Source: Mobula hypostoma
Lineage: Eukaryota
Assembly (NCBI RefSeq): GCF_963921235.1
Contig: NC_086097.1
Span: forward strand, 185,940,001-186,004,000
Reading direction: 5' to 3'
Length of the DNA stretch: 64,000 bases
Positions 52,446-64,000 of the stretch are shown in pieces. Position 1 is the first letter of the stretch. Each line of letters begins with the position of its first letter. Both the position numbers and the translations under genes were made by a program. The notes under the pieces are model-generated. The model ran no database searches. It had not been told where the DNA came from and saw nothing but the letters and a program-made list of their open reading frames with translations.

Positions 52446-54959
52446 TAAGGAAAATTCAATACAGACTGAATGTTTGTTTTTGATCAGAGGTAACCTAGCC
52501 AATGCATGTAACACCATTTCCCAGTTTCCTGGGAACACAAGAATCTTGCCTCTTAATTTGGGATGGAAAACTAACCAAAATTGGTTTCATTATCTGTTTT
52601 GGAGGACAGTGTTTTGAGGGTGTGTGCATAGATAGGTTAGTTATAATTCCATAAGCTATTTTATAATCTTCCTCATGTTTATCTAAATCATTCTGATGTT
52701 GTAGTTCACACAGATTGGTGGCATGGGACAGTCTGAACTCGTTAAATTTCCATGCTGGCTAATTGGTTGTTCTTCCAGTCTGGAGATCATAATGCTGTCT
52801 CTGGAGAAAAGTTGTAATGTCTTTATTGTGGTTCAGCTCACATTTAGTTAAATTTTAACTAAAAGCACCAGTGGTTTAAATAGACCTTGATTTTTGAAAG
52901 CCTACAGACCTTTCTTTTCCCTTGACCCTATCTACCTAATAGCAAAATCAAAGGTAACTTGTAGGACTCAATGTAAACTTATTTTTTGCATATTGCTAAT
53001 GCAAATAACAGTATTTTATTTGAGATTAAATGAAAGGGGTGTGGTATTCTTAATGACAGAATCTTGTGTTAAGTTTTGCACTGCTTTAAAACATCAACAT
53101 AGTAGATAAATCTGAGAGCATCGAATAATTTTAGGAAGTATTCATGTATTCCTCCATTTGGACTGAGTGATTTAGAGTTTACATCCTTTGCTGATGTTGA
53201 AAGTACTGTTAATTGAGAGAGAAGTAGATAGTTTTGGAATAATAACTTCAGTGAAACAGTGACTTAAAGAATGGTACCACTGCAATTTATATCACTTGTA
53301 ACATTTTGCATTTGTAGCCAGTACAGAGTTTTGTGTATGTTTTTTTTAACCTTAATTCTATGAGAGATAGGAGCAGAATTAAGCCATTTGGCCCATTGAG
53401 CTTTTCTATTCCTTCATGGCTAATTTATTATCCCCCTCAGCCCCATTTTCCTGCCTTCTCCGCGTAACCTTTGACACACTAATTGGTGACTAGCAATATA
53501 GTTATGAAGGTTAATTTAGTGATTCTCTCCTACTCCTGGCTATTAATTGGGGCTTTCTATTGGTGCATCCACATTGAAGATCATTATCTGAGTAGATGGG
53601 TGAAATGATGTGGAAGTTCGGATCCCTCCATAGAGGTATCATCTGAAAGTAACACCTATAATTTCACACAGATTTTATGTTCTTTACTATGGCCATATGA
53701 TTCTGCCAAAGTACATAACAATATACTTTGAGAGTACTGAAAACAGAGAATGTCCTATGAGGATAGGTTGAGTGAACTAGGACTTTTCGCTTTGGAGCAA
53801 GGAAGAATGAGAGACAACTTGGAAGTGTACAAGATGATAAGAGGCATAAATTGAGTGGATAATCAGAGAAAATTTCCCAGCTGGAAGTAGCTAATAACTT
53901 GGGTATAATTTTAAGGTGATTGGAGGGAAGTATAGGGGAGATAACAAAGGTAGTTTATTTGCACACAGAGTGGCGGGTGCATGGAATATCCTGCCAGAGG
54001 TAATGGTAGTGGTAGATACATTAGGGATATTTAAGAAACTCTTAGATAGGTACATGAATGACAAAACAATGGACGGTTACGTAGAAGGGAAGGACTTGGA
54101 TTGATTTTAGATTAGGTTAACAGGCCAGCACAACATTGTAGGCTGAAGGGCCTGTACGGTTCTGTAGTCTAATGACCCACATATAAGCATGTTGCCAACA
54201 TATTTCAAATTAAGATTTCTCTGTGAGCTGCAAGTTGAATACTGTTAATGTGGATATTGACCTCCATGCTACATTGCTACATTTCCACATTGAGCTTAAT
54301 GGTGTACTGGGAGCAAAACTGGACAAAGGGGAAAATTGTAACTTACAGCTGGTAGAGTTTGCAAAAACTCCTAATCTGATATAGAAATTTAATTTCATGA
54401 GAATGATGAAAAAGCATTAGTTACAAATTAAAAGAAATACAATAGACTGGTAAAGAAAAGATTACTGCTTGGAAAGAGGCCTTCTGAACCACTGAGTCTT
54501 GGCAAGTGCAATGGTTGGTCTCTTTCATTCGCTTCTCATTGACCTGCAAATTTTAAATTCCATTTTGAATACTATAATTGAGACCATTTCCACTACTCGC
54601 CCCTGCAGTGCATTCCAGATCCTAACGAGTCATTGCAACTTTTCAGCAAAAAAAAATCACTTTTTTTTAGTATTTCCTCCGCTTGTTGACTCTTCTGCCG
54701 AAAGTCAAGAGTTTCTGCTATGCTGCTTCTTCATGGTTTGAAATAACTGTCAGGTTGCTTTCCAGCCGCCTTGAACAGGCACAACATTTCCAGTCTTTCC
54801 ATAGTACCACATTCCCTCCTTGAACTATTCTTGTTACTCTCTTCCACAGCTTTCTAAGGCATTCACCTCATTCTTGAAGTATGGGTGCAGTGCTGCAGTT
54901 GTCTCTGAAAGAAAATATATTGTACAGGATTATTACAACTTTTTTGCTCTTGTTTCTTT

Positions 54960-56150
54960 ATAAATCAAAGTTTGAAGTAAATTTATTAAAGTACATGTAT
55001 ATCACCATATACTACCCTGAGATTCATGTTCTTATGGGCACTCACAATAAATACAGAGAAACAAAAGAGAATCAATGAAATGCTACAGAGAAAGAAGAAC
55101 AAACAACCAATGTGCAAAAGACCACAATTGTGCAAATACAAAAAGAAATCAGTAATAGTTGATGTAAGTAATAAATAATATTGAGAATAGGTGTGAGTCC
55201 TTGATAGTGGGTTCATAGGTTCTGGAATCAGTTCAATCTTGATGTAAGTGAAGTTGTCCACTCTGGTTCAGGAGCCTGATGATTGAGGGGTAATAGCTGT
55301 CCCCGAACCTGGTGGTGTGGGTCCCGAGGCTCCTGTACGTCCTTCCTGATGGCTTTAGCAAAAAGAGTGCATGGCCCGGATGGTGGGTGTTCTTGATGGT
55401 GGATGCTGCTTTTCTGCAACAGCACTTCTTGTTGACGTGCTCAATAGTGGAAAGGGCTTTACCTGATGGACTTGGATGTGTCCATTACTTTTTGCAGTCA
55501 TCTAAGCGTGTAGAAGCTCTGTGTGCCTTTGTAATGGCACTTGCATGCTGAACATAGGACAGGTCCTTTGAAAAGATAATGCTGAGGAATTTAAAGTTAC
55601 TGACCCTCTCCATCTCTCCCGTGAGTGGCTCATGGACCTCCAGTTTCCTCCTGTAGTCAATAATCAGCTCTTTGGTTTTGGCATGGAGTGAGAGGTTGTT
55701 GTACTATTCAGCCACATTTTCAATCTCCCTCCTATATGGTGATTCATCAGCACCTTTGATTAGGTCAACAGCAGTGTCATCAGCAAACCCCTCACAGTCA
55801 TAAGTATAAAGTGAGTAGAGCAAGGGGCTAAGCACGCAACCTTGTGGTACTTCTGTGCTGGTGGTGATTGTTGAGGAGATGTTGCCAATCCAATCTGACT
55901 GCAAGTGAAGAAATTGATGATCTAGTTGCACAGGCCTAGGTCTTGGAGCTTATTGATTAGTTGTGAGGAGATAATGTTGAATGCAGAGCTGTAGTCAACG
56001 AAGACCATCTTGATGTATGCATCATCGCTGTCCAGATGTTCTAGGATTGAGTGATGAGCCAATGAAATGGCATCTGCTTTTGACCTGTTGTGATGGGAGG
56101 CAAATTGGAGTGGACCCAAGTCACTCCAGAGGTAGGTGTTGGTATGGTTT
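54960..56150 (-). mobile_element. Rex1/Babar-like LINE fragment
   Basis: FVDYSSAFNII, VPQGCVLSPLLYSLYTYDC..FADDT and a 3' tail. Confidence 0.8.
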
Positions 56151-56159
56151 AAAAGCAAG

Positions 56160-56640
56160 TAGTAGGCTGCTGTCAATCGCAGGCGATCATGAGTTTGCGC
56201 CTCTGGTGGACTGTGTCCTCTTCAGGTCGCAAGCACGAACGGGAAGTTTTGAAGAACCAGTTGTTGCCCATGCAGTGGGTTCCCCCTCTGCACATCACTG
56301 ATGTAATCCAAGGGAAGGGCAAGCGCCAATACAGCTTGTCACCAGTCATCGCAGAGGTTGCCAGAGTGAAGTTATACACAACATCAAACTGTCTTAGGAA
56401 CCCCGGCTCCAGATTTCTTCCTTGGGGTTTACTCCCGACTCCTTTCCCATGGGTGGGTATGGCTGCATGGCAGCAGAGGTTTAAAACCAGAGTTTTCCTT
56501 TTCCTAGGCGGGTTGCCATCCAAGGCTGATGAGCCCCACCTGCCCGAAGCAACTGGTTTTGGGGCGTCAGTGGCCTGCCTTTGCCCCTTCTCTTGTCAGT
56601 AGAAACAGATCCGCTGGGCCTGTTAACTTGCCCGGCAAGT
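56160..56640 (-). repeat. Dispersed repeat of unassigned family (related copies ~27030-27270 +, ~45480-45680 +, ~60810-61350)
   Basis: A shared motif like AAACCTCTGCTGCC..GCAGCCATACCCAC.CA.GGGAAAG...GGGAGTAAACCCC occurs at four places in the window. Confidence 0.65.
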
Positions 56641-57227
56641 AAGTAATGTTTCAGTTGTATATACTGCTCCATCTAGAGAGCAGCTTACAACTTGGACACT
56701 GAACCCAAGGAAAGTATTAATGGAGTATGAGAGTAGGTTGTATAAATTTGGTTTGTTTCCTGAGATTAAATAGTTGCGTGGTAATTAATCAAAATGCTAG
56801 AGACCTGATCAGAGTAGTAGAGATTTGCCAGTTCAGAGGAAATTAATGTATTCTTTATAACTGAGATAAGACACTTTTTCTCATCTAAAAATGGAAAATA
56901 AAGTTCTAGATTACTACGATCAACAATCTTATTGGCACTGAGAAGTTTAGAACCAGGGTGCATTAGTGTAATAGAATAAAAGCTCATTGTTCTATAACTA
57001 AAGATGGGATAGGATTTGAGAGATGAATAACTTGTCCTGTAAATATATTCCTAGATTAAAGCAAATATATTAGCCATTTTGGTAGATTACAGAGACATTT
57101 TTGTCAGTATAATACAGGAAATTAGTTGAAATTGTCAGACTTTTGTATGTGGAGATCAGAAACTGCCAAGAAATTAAAATTGTTAATAGAGCTGCATTTG
57201 GTTTATCCGTGATTTTTGCAGGATTAT

Positions 57228-59295
57228 CCATAGAAACCATAGAAACTACAGCACAGAAACAGGCCTTTTGGCCCTTCTTGGCTGTGCCGAACCATTTTCT
57301 GCCTAGTCCCACTGACCTGCACACGGACCATATCCCTCCATACACCTCCCATCCATGTATCTGTCCAATTTATTTTTAAATGTTAAAAAAGAACCCGCAT
57401 TTACCACCTCGTCTGGCAGCTCATTCCATACTCCCACCACTCTGTGTGAAGAAGCCCCCCCTAATGTGCCCTTTAAACTTTTCCCCCCTCACCCTTAACC
57501 CGTGTCCTCTGGTTTTTTTTCTCCCCTTGCCTCAGTGGAAAAAGCCTGCTTGCATTCACTCTATCTATACCCATCATAATTTTATATACCTCTATCAAAT
57601 CTCCCCTCATTCTTCTACGCTCCAGGGAATAAAGTCCTAACCTATTCAACCTTTCTCTGTAACTGAGTTTCTCAAGTCCTGGCAACACCCTTGTAAACCT
57701 TCTCTGCACTCTTTCAACCTTATTTATATCCTTCCTGTAATTTGGTGACCAAAACTGAACACAATACTCCAGATTCGGCCTCACCAATGCCTTATACAAC
57801 CTCATCATAACATTCCAGCTCTTATACTCAATACTTTGATTAATAAAGGCCAGTGTACCAAAACCTCTCTCTACGACCCTATCTACCTGTGACGCCACTT
57901 TTAGGGAATTTTGTATCTGTATTCCCAGATCCCTCTGTTCCACTGCACTCCTCAGTGCCTTACCATTAACCCTGTATGTTCTACCTTGGTTTGTCCTTCC
58001 AACGTGCAATACCTCACACTTGTCTGTATTAAACTCCATCTGCCATTTTTCAGCCCATTTTTCCAGCTGGTCCAAGTCCCTCTGCAGGCTCTGAAAACCT
58101 TCCTCACTGTCTACTACACCTCCAATCTTTGTATCATCAGCAAATTTGCTGATCCAGTTTACTACATTATCATCCAGATCATTGATATAGATGACAAATA
58201 ACAATGGACCCAGCACTGATCCCTGTGGCACACCACTAGTCACAGGCCTCCAATCAGAGAAGCAATTTTCTACTACCACTCTTTGGCTTCTACCATTGAG
58301 CCAATGTCTAATCCAATTTACCACCTCTCCATGTATACCTAGCGACTGAATTTTCTTAACTAACCTCCCATGCGGGACCTTGTCAAAGGCCTTACTGAAG
58401 TCCATGTAGACGATATCCACTGCCTTCCCTTCATCCACTTTCCTGGTAACCTCCTCAAAAACTCCAATAGATTGGTCAAACATGACCTACCATGTTGACT
58501 CTCCCTAAGTCCCTGTCTATCCAAATGCTTGTAGATTCTGTCTCTTAGTACTCCCTCCAATAACTTACCTACTACCGATGTTAAACTTACTGACCTATAG
58601 TTTCCCGGATTACTTTTCGATCCTTTTTTTAAACAACGGAACAACATGAGCCACTCTCCAATTCTCCAGCACCTCACCCGTAGACAGTGACATTTTAAAT
58701 ATTTCTGCCAGGGCCCCTGCAATTTCAACACTAGTCTCCTTCAAGGTCCGAGGGAACACCCTGTCAGGTCCCGGGGATTTATCCACTTTAATTTTCCTCA
58801 AGACAGCAAGGACCTCCTCCTTTTCGATCTGTACAGTTTCCATGATCTCACTACTTGTTTCCTTTAATTCCATAGACTTCATGCCAGTTTCCTTAGTAAA
58901 TACAGACGCAAAAAACCTACTTAAGATCTCCCCCATTTCCTTTGGTTCCGCACATAGCCGACCACTCTGATCTTCAAGAGGACCAATTTTATCCCTTACA
59001 ATTCTTTTGCTCTTAATATACCTGTAAAAGCTCTTTGGATTATCCTTCACTTTGACTGCCAAGGCAACCTCATGACTTCTTTTAGCCCTCCTGATTTCTT
59101 CCTTAAGTATTTTCTTGCACTTCTTGTACTTCTCAAGCACCTTATTTACTCCCTGCTTCCTATACATGTCATACAGCTCCCTCTTCTTCTTTATCAGAGT
59201 TGCAATATCCCTTGAGAACCAAGGTTCCTTATTCCTATTCACTTTGCCTTTAATCCTGACAGGAACATACAAAGGCTGCACTCCCAAAATTTCTC
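57228..59295 (-). mobile_element. Relatively young 5'-truncated CR1 LINE in TMEM64 intron 1
   Basis: A 336-aa RT ORF at 57473-58483 (MDFSKAFDKVPH, GVPQGSVLGP, KFADDTK), upstream ORF2 pieces, and a (TTTCTATGG)n tail at ~57228-57246. Confidence 0.95.
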
Positions 59296-62204
59296 CTTGT
59301 TTGTGTTATTTAAAACAAAAAATCGCTGTCTCATAAACTTGTCACTATTGAACTACTGTGACTGACTGCTGGAATTATTGGCAGGAATGAGCTGCTCACA
59401 TACCTAACAATTTTTCTTTGTGAAGAACATTAGTTTGATTGATTTACCTCTTTGGGGAGGGGGCGCATTTGGGCAAGTGCACTGAAGATCAATAAAGCTT
59501 AGTTGAAAGGGGAATTACATGAAATTGGCAACATTTGCCTTGTTGTCGAAAAGGATGCCAGGGAAATTCATTGTAGTTCTATTGCCCTAGGGAATTTGCC
59601 TACAATGACACCAGTAATTAGCTGTACTGCAGGTGATAAACAAGCAGTGTAGTTAAGAAAACACCCCTCATAGATGGTCCCCTGAGAAGGAAGAGGACAA
59701 CTTGTTTCCACTCCAGTTCTGAGGTGGTTGACGTAGCCACAGGTAGGAACTATTTGACTGAGTGGGTAAATTGGGAGGTAGTGCACTCCTACTGTTGATG
59801 CTGGGTTTCTGTCTGCTCAGAACAGGGGACTTCTGATTTGATGCAGTCCTAAATCATCAAACTCCATTATGAATAGTCTTGAGCAGGAATTCCCACATTG
59901 GTGGATGGAGGTGATACATTTCATAGTGGTTTTGAGAACATCCTTTAGTAGTTTTCTCTCAAGCTGGCAATCCCTTGCCATGATGCAACCCTGGATAATG
60001 TCTGCTTTGGCATCTTGGTGTCAAGCCTGCATGGCATGAGTAGATCTATGGAGCTAGTATCCAGTAAAGTAGATCCTCTGGTGATATGGAAGGGATCATT
60101 GACATTGGCTCATAGTCTGACCAGTAGGTTTGGAGGATGTTGGTGCTAAGAAGATTACTTGATGGCCTCACTCTTGCCATTGGAAGTCTGGCTGCTTTTA
60201 ATATGTTAGTGATGGTGGAAGACACCAAGGAAAAGAATTCTTCAAGATAATTTGTAATAGAGAAAAGAAACCTAGGTTTCCTTCACTGCCCAGAAGAGTT
60301 AGAGAGCAATAATTGCATCTTTAAATGCGGAAAAGTGAGAAAGCAACTCAACTATGCCATTAAAAATTATAGTATTAATTGTTCTTTGATTGAAGCCAAA
60401 ACCTTTTTGAATAAAAGATGCAATAACAATGTAGACTTTTTCTAACTTTACCGTCCAACCAATTGGTTTTAAAAGGCTATTCACTGTTTCCTTTCTGTAG
60501 CACCAAATTAGTTTAAAAATACTTATTGTGTTGCTTCAAACTTGGATATACAGTTATAAGGTAATTGCAGATGAACATAATGCAATGCCATGTAAAAATG
60601 CAGCTGAGGTTAGATTTAAAGCAAACAATTTGCAAAAAAGAATGAGACTCAGTAATGCTTGAATCATAGATATCTTGCTCATTGCTTGGCATTGCTCCAT
60701 GCACTGCTCTGTATTGCTGTCTTAAAATAAATTGTATTTTTAATTGGATTCTGAAACTTGAGTACAAGTTTACAAATGAAGATCTTCCAGCAAAACAAAC
60801 TAAACCTACAGGGAGCAGTGGTTTATAAAGCAGCTTGAGGGTGACATGCCAAGTACCTTGGGACTCTGTGAGGCCCTCCATTGGTCAGAGTCGACAATGA
60901 AAGTTGCGTCCCAGCTGTCTACATGATATGCAAGCCAGGGCAATATGATATGGAGCATCAGCTGTTGCCCATGTAGCAAGCTCCACACAGCTCAACTCAA
61001 CGTAGGATTGCCTCAGGAATTTCATCTCCAGATTTTTGAGTTTCCTCCTGAGCCTTCCCTGTGAGTGGATATAACCACAAGGCAGTGGAGATTTGAGATC
61101 AGAGTTTTCCTTCTAGATGAGCTGATGAGCCTCACTTGCCTGAAGCAACTGGTTATAAGGTACCAGTATCCAGCTTTTGCCCCCTCTCCTGTCATTAGAA
61201 ACGATTCCACCAGGCTTAGTAGCTAAGCCACATGTGAAGGCCAGGAGTTGTCAGGCGATTTGACGGGCACACCATTGGGAACATTTATAGCCAAGAGTGG
61301 TAGTGGAAGCTATCCCCACAACCACCCTTGGCTATGACAACATTAAGGAACCATCTTGGAACTAATGTAATCTAAATGTAGAAGAAACTTGGCTTCAATG
61401 ATGGGTATTTCTTGAAAATTTGCTGTAAAGGCCTACTGGGATTCACACATCTGAATTAGAGGCATTCCTGTATTTGACAGGGTTCCCATTGTATTATTAA
61501 ATTCAAACATTCATTGTACAGTACTGTTCTTTTGGCAGAGCTAGTTTCCTTTTTTACCTCACTTTCATTAACTGTTCTTTTCAGCCTTGAGCTTTTGATG
61601 CCTTCATTATTGTACTGTGGAAGTATGGTTACCATATCAACAGTTTTTGTTTTCTGACTTGCAGAAAAAAATGATTGGAACATCTGTAAAAATGGAGCCT
61701 GTTTATTACATGGGAACAGCCTGTATTAACCTGGAGGAAACAAAAAAAATAGTTTTATAATGTTTCTAAGGTCTTTGTGTATGGATATTTGAGTATCAGA
61801 TTAATATCATATGTTGTGATTTTGGATCCACTTAGTGTTATCAGATTTTGTAATATGAGCCTTAACCTGATGGGCATGTCTGGAATTGCCTTTGAAGCTT
61901 ACTTTCATTTTCCTTATGTGCATATCTTCCAAGTCCATTCTCAAAAGGTGAAAGGTCAACTCGATTTTCCAAAGCACGTTGAGAACGGGCCTTCCACACT
62001 TATCACAACCTGAGGTGGGGAATGTTGGCAGCTAGCATTGCATTATTGGGTAGCGGATGATGACTGTGTAGCATTAATTATTACAAAGCATCCATGAGGT
62101 TTGAGCTGTTGGAGATGTGAGATTCTCCAATAGTTGGAGAGCCCTACTTTCTTCCAGCTGGTCATGTTCTCTATTGAAGCTAGCACTCTGCACTCCAGAT
62201 TTCA

Positions 62205-62525
62205 TTACTTATTATTATTGAGATAGAGTGCGGAATAGGCCCTTCCAGCTATTCGAGCCGTGCCGCCCAGCAACCCCCCGGTTTAATCCTAGCATGGGAC
62301 AATTTGCAAAGGCCAATTAATCATGGGACAATTTGCAAAGGCCAGTTAACCTGCTAACCGATATGTCTTTGGACTGTGGGAGGAAACTGGGGCACCCGGA
62401 GAAAACTCACATGGTCACAGTGCGAACATACAAACTCCTTACAGGCAGTGGTGGGAAATGTGCCCAGGTCGCTGGTACCGTGAAGTGTTGTGCTAACCGC
62501 TGTGCTACTGTGTGTCATCCATGGT
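62205..62525 (-). mobile_element. V-SINE (HE1-like) with an internal 29-bp tandem duplication
   Basis: V-domain reverse complement TTTGGACTGTGGGAGGAAACTGGGGCACCCGGAGAAAAC, with a tRNA-like head near 62500. CATGGGACAATTTGCAAAGGCCA occurs at 62293 and 62322. Confidence 0.75.
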
Positions 62526-64000
62526 TTGGGGTTGGAAGCGTCGTCATTCCCAAAATCACACCTCTTTCTGACAGCTCACCGTTATCAAAGCACTTTAAAT
62601 GGGTATTTTTACACTTCTGATAATATAAGACATTTAGCACAGTTCCAAAGGGTATAGTCGTACAGCGCAGAAGCAGACCCATTGGACATCAAATCTGTGC
62701 TAACCATCAAGTGCCCATTTACACTTCCTACGCCTGTAAAGTTAACTGTTTATTCCCCTCCATAAATGCTGCTTGACCTGCTAAGTTCCTCCAGCCTTGC
62801 TCCAATCAGCATTCCCACCCTAGATTCTATCATTCATCTAAAAATAAAAAGCAATGGTCAATTAATCTATCAATTCGTAGGTCTCTAGGACCTAGGAGTA
62901 AACCAGAGCAGTCGAGAGGAATGCGGTGCAGTTGCAGGAAGGACTGCGAACTCCACACATACCACTGAAGGTTGGAGTCAATGCCATGTTCCTCAATCTG
63001 TAAGGTGGCGGCTTTACCAACTGTCACTACGTCTCATACTATTTAAGTACAGGTAATGAATATACATCATGAATTTAATATTTAGCTTCCTAATTCTGAA
63101 ATCCCACATGTAGGCATGAAATCAGTGAATGATGCTGCCCTGCTATGATCATTGAGTGGTTCCCTGTGGAGCTGTCCAGCCCAACATCAAATAGCATTGC
63201 AAATCCATATGCAGTTCTTTCAATCTGATGTACTGTATTCAGTATTCACAATGTGGACTCCTCTATGTAGGAGCATTAAAAAGCAGATTTATGACTGAGT
63301 TTCTCAATCCCACTCTCTTTTTCTGTTTTCAGCCCAATTTAGTGTTCCAGTTGAACCTTCTATACACGAAGGCATGTTGTAAACTTAGGGACACATAATT
63401 TCAGACAAACGGCCTTTTCTTTGTGTCAGAACTGCCAGCTCTGATGCAAAGCCGTTGATTTATAATACCAGCTTTTGTTTTCTCTCTCCACAGATGTTGC
63501 TTGGTATGCTGAGTAGTTCCACTTTGTTATATTCAGATTTTGAGCAATTATAGTGTTCACTTCACATTTCCAACATATTTTTTTAAAGTGATCTATACTC
63601 ATTCATCTCCCACTTCCAGGAAGATCACCCAAAAACCTTTTCCTCTCTCTTTTGAATAGCATCAGCAGTATTTCTGTCATCTTGGTCTCCATGCTATCAC
63701 AGACACTTCATAATTCTACCACCACTGTCTTTGCAGATTAAAATGCACTTGTTTTCAACTTACCCAGATCTGACGAAAGATCACGGAGCTGAAATGTTCA
63801 CCCTGTTATTCCCTTCATGGATGTTCCCTGACTTGTTATCATTTCAACTTCTTTCTATTTGTTTTTATTTCAGATTTCTACCACCTGCAGTTTTTCTTTA
63901 TTTTTTGAGAACTGGTTGGTTGTAGTCTAAGCTGTCAACAGGAAAGATGCTTAGCTAATATTTATGCAGGGGAATGATGCTGGTGAAATATGGAAGAACT

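Overview
Vertebrate genomic DNA, most likely a cartilaginous fish (inferred from V-SINE/HE1-type SINEs and abundant CR1, Rex1/Babar and Penelope repeats). Two host genes lie head-to-head. NECAB1 is on the minus strand: coding exons 1-3 at 43310-43408, 40093-40117 and 8034-8142, with later exons not found. TMEM64 is on the plus strand: first coding exon 51672-52370 in a CpG island, with later exons not found. Most of the rest is intronic or intergenic transposable-element sequence, often nested. The standout is a complete non-autonomous Ty3/Gypsy LTR element (34814-38925) with two ~700-bp LTRs, a TCTG TSD, a tRNA-Pro PBS and a PPT. Its RNase H/integrase-core region is replaced by an intronless mosaic of sarcomeric myosin heavy-chain rod sequence, most like MYH16, inside an open 311-codon frame. 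Penelope elements here show minimal hammerhead ribozymes, 13-14 bp TSDs, a twin-priming-type inversion, and an inverted pair bracketing NECAB1 exon 3. All family assignments are by eye and from recalled motifs; no database searches were run.
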